Origin: a virus
Taxonomy: Duplodnaviria > Caudoviricetes
Length of the DNA: 63,789 nt
Virus record (IMG/VR): IMGVR_UViG_3300043395_000803
Location: 1 to 63,789 of that record
Direction: 5' to 3' (one strand)
The position numbers were made by a program, and so were the translations under genes. This document shows positions 37,064 to 47,187 of the stretch, in pieces. Below the pieces are notes generated by a model. That model was not told the DNA's origin, ran no database searches, and was given only the letters and a program-made list of their open reading frames with translations. Within the stretch, counting starts at the first letter, position 1, and each line of letters starts with the position of its first letter.

Positions 37064-38440
37064 TTAATCGAGTTTGATCGGATTCTGTCTCGTCCCCTTT
37101 GGCGCTGCAACAGGAGCAGGTGCCGGAGCAGACCCGGCAGGATTACCAGTCAATCGCTCAAGCGCCTTGGCCCGCTTCTCGGCTTCCGGCAACTCTGCAA
37201 ACGCAGGATCGCGGCGGCTCATGTCCGTGACCAAGCGGGCAACGGTACGGTTGAACTCACCGGAGGTAATCCCTGTAGGAACCTGAGAGCCATCAGACAT
37301 GATCAAGATGACGCTGCCATCAGGCCCGGAAATTGTCTTCTGAACCCGAGCCGCTTTGCCCGTGGTGCCAGCCCCTTGCGATGCAGCAACTCTTTCCCTG
37401 ATGCCCTGAAGCCGCATGTCCTGACCGCGACGGCGGGTTTCCTCAGTCTCTGCCGCACGTTCGCTGCGACCGTACTCCATGCCCATTTGACGGCGGAAGT
37501 CCACCTCTTTTAGTTCGCGCTGCTGACGAAGCCGCTCTGCTTCCATCAAGTCTCTCTGCGCGGCATCAAACCTACCATTGGCGGTCTCAAATCGAGCCTT
37601 GTCCAACAGACGGCGCTCCTTGGCGGCTGAGTTTTGGATGTCAAAGCGCAACTCATTCATGCGCTCAACAGCCGCCTCAATTGCCTTCTCATTGCGGATG
37701 ACGCTCTCAGCGCCAGTACGCATGGCTTCACCGAAACGCGCACCACGCGCTCCAAGGAAGAACTGACGACGGGCATCCTCTTGCTGTTGCGCCTGCCTGC
37801 GGGCGGCAAGATCGGCGTAATACTTGGCCTGCTCATCCCCACGGGATTGAATGCGCTGGGCCTCCGCCGCCATGTAGTTCGGATCAATCCCCTGACTTTG
37901 CAAGAACTGACGCCGGATTTCCTCCGCCTCTTTTGCTTTCTTCAGCGCATCCTCGCCTTTGATCTCACGAGCCTGGGCGCGTCGAAGAGCCTCAAGGCCA
38001 AGGGCAAACTGCGCCTCGGGAGTTTCTTCTCCTACGTCAATCGGGGCGGGCTGTGCAGCCGAACCAGCCTGGGCAGGCTCAACAACGAGACTATCTTCGT
38101 CACCGTTGTAGCCGACGATGCCGCCATAGGCAAAGTTGCCAATCGGCGGACTCATCGCCTCCAGGCCACCGACTTGCTGTTGCTGCATGGCATTGTTCAT
38201 CAGCGCCTCTTGCGCCTTCTGCCTTTGCATCGCTTCAATCTGCCCAGCAAGCCCAGCCTGTTGCGCTGCCTGAGCCATCCCCATCATCGGGGCAGTTGCC
38301 TGCTGCATCAGTTTTGCAGCAACGGTAGGCGTACCGTCAGGAGTAGTGGGTTGGAACTGCCCGGACTGCGCCGCCTGCCCGAGCATCATTACCCCAAGAA
38401 GCGCCTCGGGAATCTGGGTTTGCTGTTCTTGCATAGCCAT
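37064..38440 (-). CDS. Internal virion / ejection protein (putative)
   Basis: 458 aa, A/Q/E/R-rich helical; adjacent to the giant protein. Confidence 0.6.
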   Translation of the reverse strand: MAMQEQQTQIPEALLGVMMLGQAAQSGQFQPTTPDGTPTVAAKLMQQATAPMMGMAQAAQQAGLAGQIEAMQRQKAQEALMNNAMQQQQVGGLEAMSPPIGNFAYGGIVGYNGDEDSLVVEPAQAGSAAQPAPIDVGEETPEAQFALGLEALRRAQAREIKGEDALKKAKEAEEIRRQFLQSQGIDPNYMAAEAQRIQSRGDEQAKYYADLAARRQAQQQEDARRQFFLGARGARFGEAMRTGAESVIRNEKAIEAAVERMNELRFDIQNSAAKERRLLDKARFETANGRFDAAQRDLMEAERLRQQRELKEVDFRRQMGMEYGRSERAAETEETRRRGQDMRLQGIRERVAASQGAGTTGKAARVQKTISGPDGSVILIMSDGSQVPTGITSGEFNRTVARLVTDMSRRDPAFAELPEAEKRAKALERLTGNPAGSAPAPAPVAAPKGTRQNPIKLD

Positions 38441-38451
38441 TTGCAGCCTCT

Positions 38452-39369
38452 TTAGGGAGCCTTGGGTGCCGGATTCGTAGCCGGAGCGTTTGCAGGAGTG
38501 TTCGGGAACAAAATTTTGTACAAGGTCTCAAGCCCGCCCTGTGCGTTAAGCAGTTGCACAAACGGACTCTCTTCCTGATACGAAACATTCTGTGCAGCAA
38601 ACGGCATGTTCTGAAGCATGGACTGCTGAAATTGCAGTTGCTTGTACGGATAGTCCCGCTGTTGTTGGAACTCAGCAATATCCGCCCCGATGCCCTCCGC
38701 CTCGATGGCTCGCTGTGCTGCACCTGCGCTACCCAACATTCCAGCAAGACCCATAGCCTGGGCCTGCTCTTTGTTGTACTGATCCATCGCCTTGTCATAG
38801 GCGGTGGCGTAGCCTTGGCCGATGGTCTTACCCATCGTGTTCAGCAGGTTGCGCTGCAACTCAGCATCAAGGATTGCCTGTCGACCACCGCCAAATGCTC
38901 CGGCTTTGGTCATCCTAGAAGCATTCTGCATCTGCTCAATTTGAGACTGGCGCCGCAGTTCCTCCAGTTGCGGCTGAAGCACATTCTGGAGATACGGGTT
39001 CATGTACTGACCGGTGATGCCCGTAGGGGCAGCCGTGGTCTGCATGGGTCCGGTGGTCGAAGCCGTCGGGATAGTCGGCGCACCGGTAGAGGTGAACGAC
39101 TGCCCCAGTTGCCCAGGGAATCCCATCTTCTCAAGACCACTAAAGTATTGCGTCTGAAGAGAAGAAGGACCGGCAGTCAGCGGTCCTTGGTAGGTCTGAT
39201 ACGGCTGCTCTGTCAAAGCCGCCGTCTTGCCCAGCATGTCAGTGACATACGGTGCAGCCCACGAAGACAGGGTCTGCTCTTGACCAGACACCCTACCGGC
39301 AGTTGTGCCGCCGGCTCCGGCTGAACTGGCCGCGCTACCGGCGGTAGGAAAAAAGTTTGAGAGCGTCAT
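38452..39369 (-). CDS. Internal virion / DNA pilot-like protein (putative)
   Basis: YMNPYLQNV...AGAFGGGRQ...QQRDYPYKQL; Q/G/A-rich. Confidence 0.65.
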   Translation of the reverse strand: MTLSNFFPTAGSAASSAGAGGTTAGRVSGQEQTLSSWAAPYVTDMLGKTAALTEQPYQTYQGPLTAGPSSLQTQYFSGLEKMGFPGQLGQSFTSTGAPTIPTASTTGPMQTTAAPTGITGQYMNPYLQNVLQPQLEELRRQSQIEQMQNASRMTKAGAFGGGRQAILDAELQRNLLNTMGKTIGQGYATAYDKAMDQYNKEQAQAMGLAGMLGSAGAAQRAIEAEGIGADIAEFQQQRDYPYKQLQFQQSMLQNMPFAAQNVSYQEESPFVQLLNAQGGLETLYKILFPNTPANAPATNPAPKAP

Positions 39370-39378
39370 GTTTAATCC

Positions 39379-40221
39379 TTACGCAAGTTTGTTCAGTTCA
39401 CGGTCAGCGCCGGACGGCTTGCCGCGCTTGGCCTTCTTTGCCTGCGCCTCGATGCGGTCAAGCATTGCATAGAGTTTCCTCGCACCAGCATCAGAGGAGC
39501 CGTTGCCAATCTCCGAAACCACACGGGCCGGGATCACGAACTCGCCATCTGCCAACATGGCCTTTTGGCCGGAACCGGCAAACTGAGCAGGGATGGAATC
39601 CGATACGCCATCACCGTTCCCCTTGAGGTACCGGCCCTTGGCAAGCATCTCCAAACCGCCAACCATTCGACCGCCATCAGCAGCAGAGATGGTTTCTGTT
39701 TGTTCTTGATTTGGTGCGGGCGCAGGAGCCGGTGCTGTTGCGACTGCGGGCAAATATCTGCTCGGGGCAAAGTATGTAATTCCCCCTTGCCCTGGGCGGT
39801 ATCCTGATGGGCGCTGCTGGGCAAACGGCACCTGCTGCCGTTCAAACGTGTACTTGGGGATCGTGCCTTGGAAGCCTACTCGGGTGGTCGGTGCGTTGAA
39901 AAAACCAGACCTGTTGCCAAGGGCTGCTAACGCCAAAAGTGGTAGCCCGCCCAAATCTCCCTTTGGATTAAGGAACGTCTTCAGAAGTCCGCCAACGTCT
40001 TTGACACCGCCACCAAGAGTCTTGAGGATGGAAGAAAGATCAAAACCGCTCGCCCCACTATTAGCACCATAGTCGTATGTCGGGTTGTACGGCACATCTC
40101 CAGAACCGAAGTCCATGTAGTCTGACCCCAAGTTGCCAGTTGACATGCTGCCTGGGTCGCCAAATTCAAAGCCACCAGTGTTTGGACTGCTGCCGGGATC
40201 ACCGTATTCAAATCCGTTCAT
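39379..40221 (-). CDS. Virion protein with conserved GDGxSDSIPA domain
   Basis: GNGDGVSDSIPA...LADGEFVIPARVVSEIGNGSSDAGARKL. Confidence 0.7.
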   Translation of the reverse strand: MNGFEYGDPGSSPNTGGFEFGDPGSMSTGNLGSDYMDFGSGDVPYNPTYDYGANSGASGFDLSSILKTLGGGVKDVGGLLKTFLNPKGDLGGLPLLALAALGNRSGFFNAPTTRVGFQGTIPKYTFERQQVPFAQQRPSGYRPGQGGITYFAPSRYLPAVATAPAPAPAPNQEQTETISAADGGRMVGGLEMLAKGRYLKGNGDGVSDSIPAQFAGSGQKAMLADGEFVIPARVVSEIGNGSSDAGARKLYAMLDRIEAQAKKAKRGKPSGADRELNKLA

Positions 40222-40222
40222 A

Positions 40223-43200
40223 TCAGGCCTTTCCAATAATTTGCATCAGTTCTTCGATGGTCGCAGCAGGATTTTCCTGTGACAACGCAATGATTTGATC
40301 CACGGCATCCTGCGTCATATTTTCGTCCGCAGACCCTTGTAGCGCAAGTTCCATAGCATCCCGGGCTTTTGCCGCGCGGCCTTGGAAATCCGTCACGTCC
40401 GCCATTGACTGGGCGCGCTTGCCCGGCTGTCCGTACTTCATTGCCTCGTAGTAAAAGGCTTCGTACTTTGGAAGTTCGGACAGTTGGCTTACCTGTTGCT
40501 GCCGCATAGGCATAGCCCGAGGTACGGCAACAGGCGTAACCCTTGGCGCCACCTTGGGCGTCACCACCGGAGTCACTTTCGGGGTGACCACGGGAGTTAC
40601 TGTCGGGGTGACCGTAGGAGTAACGGTAGGCGTGACAGTGGGTGTCACGGTTGGCGTTACGGTGGGGGTAACTGTCGGCGTAACCGTGGGAGTCACCGTC
40701 GGAGTGACCGTGGGCGTAACGGTAGGCGTAACCGTTGGTGTGACGGTAGGCGTCACAGTCGGGGTCACCGTGGGAGTTACGGTTGGTGTCACTGTTGGAG
40801 TAACAGTGGGCGTCACGGTGGGGGTGACTGTTGGTGTGGCCGTCGGCGTCACAGTCGGAGTGACTGTTGGTGTGGCCGTAGGAGTGACAGTAGGGGTGAC
40901 CGTGGGGGTCACTGTAGGAGTTACTGTCGGGGTCACAGTAGGCGTTGCCGTTGGAGTGACGGTTGGAGTCACCGTCGGTGTAACCGTTGGAGTGACGGTT
41001 GGGGTAACCGTGGGTGTGACTGTGGGAGTCACAGTCGGGGTGACTGTCGGGGTTACGGTTGGAGTGACCGTGGGTGTGACGGTAGGGGTAACCGTCGGAG
41101 TAACCGTTGGCGTGACGTCTGGAGTAACCGTAGGCGTTACTGTTGGAGTAATGGCGGGCGCAACCGTCGGCGTTATCGTGGGCGTAACAGTTGGGGTGAC
41201 AGTGGGAGTTACCGTTGGCGTAACGGCGGGGGTAACCGTTGGCGTTACTGTTGGCGTAACAATTGGAGTTACTTCTTTGGGCGGTGTTACTTCTTTGGGT
41301 ATCACATCCTCCTTCGAAACCCCAGGGGTTTGCGGGGTAGTCATAACACCTTCCTTTGGCACGCCGAGGTCACCCGCAGTCAGCACATTACCAAACATGT
41401 CCGTAAGGATAGGAGTGCCCGTTGCAATCGTGGGGCCAGTCTTGGTGCCTGTATTTAGCACCAGATCGGTCAGGTCGGTAATATCTTTTGGCAGGCGCGT
41501 ACCCGTGACCGTGACAGTTTGATCAACCGATCCAGGGATATATGGAGCAGCGTTGGGGTCGTACCCGCCATAATACTTACCCGTGATGCGGTTGTACTCC
41601 CACTGCAAATTGGGATCGTTCGGCGTCTTAGACAGTTCGGCTTCGACCAGCGGCAACCAATCGGCAAGTTGTATAGCAGCACTATAGGTATTAGCGTAAT
41701 CATCTGTCAGGGCTGCACCGCCACGCCGCACTCTATTGATAAGGTCAGATACGGTTGGGGGTTTTGTGCCTGTAACATCCCGGGCTTCTACATCAATAAC
41801 ATCGCCGGGCTTGGTGGTTGTTTGCCCTCCTGGCTTATTAAGAAGTTTGTTTATATCTTCTGCGCCCTGGGCAACCCCGCCGTACAACTCATTCCAAAAC
41901 TTAATTGCCCCGGACGGGTCTGTCTTGTACGCAAGCCGTTCTATATCTTCAGGGGTAAATGAATACCTCTGATTCCCGACCTGATAAGAAAAACTGCCAG
42001 ACGCATCTCTGGTAACCGGCACGGGCACAATCTTGCCCGCTTCATCCATGATCCCGTAGAAGATGTCACCGGTTTTGATGTTAAGGTTGACGCCCGGATT
42101 TATTTTTGTAGAGACCTTGCCATCGCCGGATGTCTGCACCATCCCATAGTCATCATCGGGATCGTAGACACTGACGCCCCCGGCAAGGGAATACACCGGG
42201 TCACTGATGATGTTTGCCGCAGTAGTTGTAGTTGGCGCTGTCGTAGGCGGCTGTGTACCCGGGGGGCGGCTTGCCATCGCAGCAGACAACTGCTGCGATG
42301 CGGTGAGGATAGCGTTCAGGTTACCGGAGGTAATTGCTTGCGCCAGAGAGACAGCACGTCCGGCAACGACGGTATCCGGGCTATCAGCCAACTGCCCAAG
42401 CGACGCCAGGGCTTGACCGTATTGGCCGTTCTGTATGGCCGTAATGGCTGAAGCCCCCTTGAGTGCGTCGCCAAAAGTAAAGTTGGTGCCGCCAATCGTG
42501 GTGTTTAGAACGTCCTTACCAAGTTCACTGCCTGCCGCCGCTGAAAGTAACGCACCCCAATTCTCGTTCTTGATAGCATTGGCAATGTTTGCGCCGGTCG
42601 AGATATTTGCAAACGTAGAAGTCGGAACACCCGCAAGGTTGCCCGTGTTGACAACTGCTCCGCTGATTGGGTCAATTGCCGTGGCAGCGCCGGACAGACC
42701 CGCGAGCGCACCTGCACCGGCGGCGATTGCCCCGAGATAGTTGCCCTGTCCAGCCTGAAATGCGGCGTTGGCAAGCATGCCCCACGGCCCAAGAGCCGGG
42801 GCAATCATTGAGAAAATGGTCCCTACGGGAGCCTTCCATTCTTCGGAATAATCAAATCCTTTTGGTTGGCCGACAATCTTACCGTCTGCACCAAATTGAT
42901 AAACGATTCCGCTATCGCCGCCGGTAAAGTAGCGCACCTCACTGCCAGTTATGTTTCCGGCGTCGTCGTATGTCAGTTTCGTCTGAAGCGGCAGTCCTCG
43001 ATCATTCTTTGTTTCTTGAAACGCCTCAAACCCGCCACCCGTGCGATTACCGGAAAAGTCATACCCAATCGGCATTGACCGCACGGTGTAGTTACCGACT
43101 TGTACGCCGGGGTCGTTGTAAGTAGAAGCCTCACCCATCAAGTTTGCCTGGGCATAACTGTTTCGTAATTGATCGGCAATACTTGGGTCTTTACTTAGCA

Positions 43201-43888
43201 GCGTGGATAACAAATCTTGCGGCTTTGCAGACGCCGCCGCGCTGATTGCTGAGGCGGTTGTGTTTTGGGTGGTCGGCGTTGGCGTGGGTGCCGTAGGGGC
43301 GGGGGTTGGAGTTGTGGGCGTTGGCGTTGGCGAAACACCAAGATCACCCGCCGTCAGTGTCTGACCGGACGTATCCGTGATGACCGGCGTCGTCGGCGTT
43401 ACTGGGGTTGGGACTGTCGGTGTGGGTGTAGGAGTAGGTGTGGGCACCGTACCTATAACCGTATCTTGCAAAATACTTTGCAAGTCCTCTGGGGTGTAAT
43501 CGCCGCTCCTATAGAGATTAAGTAACTCTTGACGGTCAAACTGTGTAGGGGCAATGGTAGTAGTTGCCGCCGTGGGGGCCGTGGTAGTCGGCGCGGTAGT
43601 AGCCGTCGTAGAAGGCGGTTGCGTACCTGTTGCCCGATAGTAATCGGCCAACGTGAAGTTGGTACCGAGGGCGCTGTTCCACTCAGAGATAGTTTGCTCC
43701 GGGCTCCACCCCTGCTGCGCTGCATACTGAAGGCCGCGCACAGTAGCAGCAGCATGATCACCGGGGCTCCCGGCGTACATATAAGACTTGAAATCAAACG
43801 GAGCCGGGGCAGCGGCCTCACCGCCGCCGACGATATTCAACAGGTCGTTTTCTGTCGGCTCGCGCTCATCGAAGTAGTTCATCGCCAT
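40223..43888 (-). CDS. Large Pro/Thr-rich (mucin-like) virion-region protein
   Basis: 1221 aa; N-terminal TTAP/PTPT tracts, central G/A-rich helices, ~60 (PTVT) repeats. Confidence 0.8.
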   Translation of the reverse strand: MAMNYFDEREPTENDLLNIVGGGEAAAPAPFDFKSYMYAGSPGDHAAATVRGLQYAAQQGWSPEQTISEWNSALGTNFTLADYYRATGTQPPSTTATTAPTTTAPTAATTTIAPTQFDRQELLNLYRSGDYTPEDLQSILQDTVIGTVPTPTPTPTPTVPTPVTPTTPVITDTSGQTLTAGDLGVSPTPTPTTPTPAPTAPTPTPTTQNTTASAISAAASAKPQDLLSTLLSKDPSIADQLRNSYAQANLMGEASTYNDPGVQVGNYTVRSMPIGYDFSGNRTGGGFEAFQETKNDRGLPLQTKLTYDDAGNITGSEVRYFTGGDSGIVYQFGADGKIVGQPKGFDYSEEWKAPVGTIFSMIAPALGPWGMLANAAFQAGQGNYLGAIAAGAGALAGLSGAATAIDPISGAVVNTGNLAGVPTSTFANISTGANIANAIKNENWGALLSAAAGSELGKDVLNTTIGGTNFTFGDALKGASAITAIQNGQYGQALASLGQLADSPDTVVAGRAVSLAQAITSGNLNAILTASQQLSAAMASRPPGTQPPTTAPTTTTAANIISDPVYSLAGGVSVYDPDDDYGMVQTSGDGKVSTKINPGVNLNIKTGDIFYGIMDEAGKIVPVPVTRDASGSFSYQVGNQRYSFTPEDIERLAYKTDPSGAIKFWNELYGGVAQGAEDINKLLNKPGGQTTTKPGDVIDVEARDVTGTKPPTVSDLINRVRRGGAALTDDYANTYSAAIQLADWLPLVEAELSKTPNDPNLQWEYNRITGKYYGGYDPNAAPYIPGSVDQTVTVTGTRLPKDITDLTDLVLNTGTKTGPTIATGTPILTDMFGNVLTAGDLGVPKEGVMTTPQTPGVSKEDVIPKEVTPPKEVTPIVTPTVTPTVTPAVTPTVTPTVTPTVTPTITPTVAPAITPTVTPTVTPDVTPTVTPTVTPTVTPTVTPTVTPTVTPTVTPTVTPTVTPTVTPTVTPTVTPTVTPTATPTVTPTVTPTVTPTVTPTVTPTATPTVTPTVTPTATPTVTPTVTPTVTPTVTPTVTPTVTPTVTPTVTPTVTPTVTPTVTPTVTPTVTPTVTPTVTPTVTPTVTPTVTPTVTPTVTPVVTPKVTPVVTPKVAPRVTPVAVPRAMPMRQQQVSQLSELPKYEAFYYEAMKYGQPGKRAQSMADVTDFQGRAAKARDAMELALQGSADENMTQDAVDQIIALSQENPAATIEELMQIIGKA
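40535..41290 (-). repeat. 12-nt coding tandem repeat encoding (Pro-Thr-Val-Thr)n, ~60 units
   Basis: Period-12 repeat whose variation is mostly at third codon positions. Confidence 0.92.
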
Positions 43889-43892
43889 AGTC

Positions 43893-45266
43893 TTACTGCG
43901 TCAGATCGTAGAAGGAGATTGAACCGACGCCATCGCCTTTGGTGGCTCCAGATACCGTCCGCACGGCCAGGGTAAGCGTGTCACTGACCCCCGCGATGGA
44001 GGCACCCAACTGCAAATCCCAGTTGTAGGACACCGTGGAAGACGTGTTGATCGTGCCGCCGCTGCCGGTGCTGGTGACGTAATCCGTTTGCACGATGGTG
44101 CCGCCGGACAGGGCAGTAGCCGCAACATCGTAGTCCACGTTAGAGTCCGAAGGCACCGTTGCCGCCCAGGTCGCACTGGTCAGCGTGGCATTCTTAATTA
44201 GCGCCACCTCATAGTTTTGACTGGTCAAGGGCAGGAACTGCGTCCGATTGGGAAGAACCACAGAACCTGTGCGCCCAGAGGCCAAGCGGATGGACACGAT
44301 TGGGTAGAACGCCGCCGTGTCGATATTGGTAAACGCTGTGGTGCGACGCGCCACATGGTCGATGGAGGTCTGCTCAAACCCACCCTCAGACACCACCGAA
44401 CAGCAGATGGCCTTCATGGATGCCGCAACAGCAGAGGTTGTGGTCACAATCTCGTACCTGACCGGCAGAATGGCCGTCGTCATGTAAACATTGGTGATGT
44501 CGTTGGCGTTGTTGAACGTGTGGCAGACGATGTACTCACCGTTGATGATGAAGCCGCACCGGACCGACCCGACACCGAGCCACTCAAAGTCCATCCACAG
44601 AATCTGCGCCTTGCTCGGGTCAAGCGTGTAGCCGGAAGCGCCAGAGCCGTCCAACTTATCGCCGTTCCAACTGCTTTGGTTTACCGTCCGGGCATCCGAC
44701 ACCGCTCCCGTTACATAAGAGCGCAGGACAAACGAATAGGTGCCATCCACTCGTTGGAAGAACACCCCGTTTTGATCGTTGTAGTATCCCACCCGCTGCG
44801 TGAGGTTCAGGCTCTGGCTGCTGTCCATCACGAAGGTGGCAAGCACCAACAACCCCTTACCGGGCTGATACGGCATGGAGCGATAGGACTGCCGCTTGAC
44901 CGAGCCCACACCGGCCCCGGTGACTTCCATCTTCACTGCCGCTTCGTTGGGCAAGAACGTAGTTGTACCCGTGCCGGTTGTGGCTACATCAAATTGATTA
45001 TCGGCAGCGTAGCGATTCTGGCTGTCAAAGAGCGTGTAGGGCTGACTGACCCGCAGCCGCCCAAAGGCGTCCGTGTTGGTGCCGCCGATGGAAATTGGGA
45101 TGGGGGATGCAGTTGTCACGATTCGACTCAGCAGTGAATTAAGCCGGTTGAAGTACAGACGCAGGACGTTGTTAAGCGCCTCTTGATACCGAGAGTCATA
45201 GCCCCCCGGAGCCAGTGGCAGGTTGGGTGGCGCAGGGACGGTTGCATCTTCAATAATGAAACTCAT
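43893..45266 (-). CDS. Tail/virion structural protein
   Basis: N-terminal PNLPLAP..Y...LRLYFN module fused to a beta-rich DAFGRLRVSQPYTLFD domain. Confidence 0.7.
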   Translation of the reverse strand: MSFIIEDATVPAPPNLPLAPGGYDSRYQEALNNVLRLYFNRLNSLLSRIVTTASPIPISIGGTNTDAFGRLRVSQPYTLFDSQNRYAADNQFDVATTGTGTTTFLPNEAAVKMEVTGAGVGSVKRQSYRSMPYQPGKGLLVLATFVMDSSQSLNLTQRVGYYNDQNGVFFQRVDGTYSFVLRSYVTGAVSDARTVNQSSWNGDKLDGSGASGYTLDPSKAQILWMDFEWLGVGSVRCGFIINGEYIVCHTFNNANDITNVYMTTAILPVRYEIVTTTSAVAASMKAICCSVVSEGGFEQTSIDHVARRTTAFTNIDTAAFYPIVSIRLASGRTGSVVLPNRTQFLPLTSQNYEVALIKNATLTSATWAATVPSDSNVDYDVAATALSGGTIVQTDYVTSTGSGGTINTSSTVSYNWDLQLGASIAGVSDTLTLAVRTVSGATKGDGVGSISFYDLTQ

Positions 45267-45268
45267 AT

Positions 45269-47125
45269 CTAGCGCCTGCCGTCCATGCGAACGTCGATTC
45301 GCGGCGAGCCCAACTGCCACGCCACGCCAAGCGCATCAGACTGGGCTTTCATAATCAACTGACGCCCGCGCACCCGGATGTAAACGATGTTGGTGAACTG
45401 CTCAATCGGCACGGTGGCGCTACGCGTGACTGCTGCGCTGCTCGACCCACCCAGGGACTGAGGCGTGTTAAACCCGGAGCCAGAACCCTTCATTGGGATC
45501 AGCGTCATCGTAATAGACGGGTTAGACGCAGTAGACCCGGAGAACGTCACGTCAGGCAGCATGCGCCAGATGAACCCGAAGTTCTGCCCGTCCTCGATGT
45601 CAAATTCGGCGGACTCGATGTAGGCATTGATCGCCACGGGCGTGCCGTTGACGTTATCGTCCACCCCATTTTCATGCAGCACGATGTTGTTGAGGTAGGT
45701 CGTCGCAATCGGGTAGTCCAACGTACCGGAATCTAGCCATGCTGTGCGGGCCATCGTGCCGTAGTACCAAATCTTCTCAAGGTAGTTGTAGACTACATAC
45801 CGATCTACCGTAATGGAATTAGCCGAGCAGTAAAACCACCAGACCTCGTTGAAGCCCTCGTTAGTCCCGGCAAAGAACTGGGCACCCTGAGACTGATTGA
45901 TGTCGCCAAAGACATACCGGCGCAGATCGCAGGGGAGCGTTTGCACGCGACCGTCGTAGGCATAGAACTTGTCCACACCCATCCAGTACACCACGCCAGA
46001 TGCCACGATGGCTGCGTTCTGACTCTCAATCGAGATGTTGTCGCCAAGCAGTTGAGCGCCCCAGACTTCTGGAGCACCCAGATACTGCAAGGAATAGACA
46101 GCAGAGTCCGTGAACACCACAATTTCTTGACGGGTCTGGACTGCCGTGACGATCTCTGACCCGTGAGACAGGCGCAGGCTACCGGCTTGGTTAGTGGCTG
46201 TAGGAGTCCAGTCCGTTGCGCTTTCCTGATCCGACCACCGAATCAATAACGGGTCTTGCGCCGCAGAGCCGATCTCGTTGCATCCGAAGGCAAACACAAA
46301 CCGACTGATGTCGGACACATAGATTTCGTTCTGTACGGTGGGCACACCGTTGGCCCCGGACAGACTGGAAAGCAGGACACCACGGGTACTCACGCCACTC
46401 GTGGCATCCCAGTAATACATGCCGCCACCGCGAGGCCCGAAGATCAGGTCTTCGCCAAAGTTCATCTGGCTCCACAAGCGAATCGACGTGTTGGACGAAC
46501 CGCCAACACCCCACGTACCGGAACTCCATGCACCGGCACCCCAACCCGCCAACGGAACTGCAATAGCCGGGCCTGTGTTGATCTGATACGCCGCAGAAAC
46601 TGCTGAACCGCCCGTTGATACCGCAGGGATGGCCGAGGCCGTGGTAATCGTGTACGAGCCGGAGTTGATGACCGTGATCTGGAACTCGCCGTTGAGCAGG
46701 GATGCGTATGTACCCGTGACGCCGCTGAAGGTTACAAAGTCCCCCGTGATTGCTCCATGCGACGAAGCCGTGACCGTGACCGTTGTGGTTCCGTTGCCTG
46801 TGAAGGGGTCAGCACCAAGAGTGACCGTGGTTCGCAGCGGCGTGACATCGTTGTACATCCCGCCCTGTTCAATATAGAACTTGAGGTTGGTGCCAACACC
46901 GATGAGGTTGACCGAACTCAGCGTCAACCAGTTCCACAGAGAGCGGCACACCCCGAGGAATGTAGATGTAGAAAGCGGTGCCCACCCCCCGATCTTCTCA
47001 GGAGTACCTTGGCGGAAACGTACCTTATCGCACTCATACCAACCGTTCTCGTTGGTATAGCGGGTGTTCTCTCTGTTCACCCCTGGGCGGAGTTGCAGAC
47101 GCTTTAGTGGCACGTTACACTCCAA
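45269..47125 (-). CDS. Tail tube/nozzle (stabilisation) protein
   Basis: PGVNRE...DKVRFR.G.PEKIGGW; IRWSDQE; EVWWFY; RVRGRQ...LG.PRID. Confidence 0.8.
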   Translation of the reverse strand: MECNVPLKRLQLRPGVNRENTRYTNENGWYECDKVRFRQGTPEKIGGWAPLSTSTFLGVCRSLWNWLTLSSVNLIGVGTNLKFYIEQGGMYNDVTPLRTTVTLGADPFTGNGTTTVTVTASSHGAITGDFVTFSGVTGTYASLLNGEFQITVINSGSYTITTASAIPAVSTGGSAVSAAYQINTGPAIAVPLAGWGAGAWSSGTWGVGGSSNTSIRLWSQMNFGEDLIFGPRGGGMYYWDATSGVSTRGVLLSSLSGANGVPTVQNEIYVSDISRFVFAFGCNEIGSAAQDPLLIRWSDQESATDWTPTATNQAGSLRLSHGSEIVTAVQTRQEIVVFTDSAVYSLQYLGAPEVWGAQLLGDNISIESQNAAIVASGVVYWMGVDKFYAYDGRVQTLPCDLRRYVFGDINQSQGAQFFAGTNEGFNEVWWFYCSANSITVDRYVVYNYLEKIWYYGTMARTAWLDSGTLDYPIATTYLNNIVLHENGVDDNVNGTPVAINAYIESAEFDIEDGQNFGFIWRMLPDVTFSGSTASNPSITMTLIPMKGSGSGFNTPQSLGGSSSAAVTRSATVPIEQFTNIVYIRVRGRQLIMKAQSDALGVAWQLGSPRIDVRMDGRR

Positions 47126-47187
47126 TCGTCATTGACAAGGAGAACACTATGTGTGTTTATCGCTTGCGGCATATCGGTATTCTCCCG

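Noticed and set aside
40484-41522. Long plus-strand ORFs (GVTV repeats; Arg/Gly-rich) and a possible CRISPR-like array
   Set aside because: Antisense shadows of the PTVT coding repeat; no unique spacers and no cas operon
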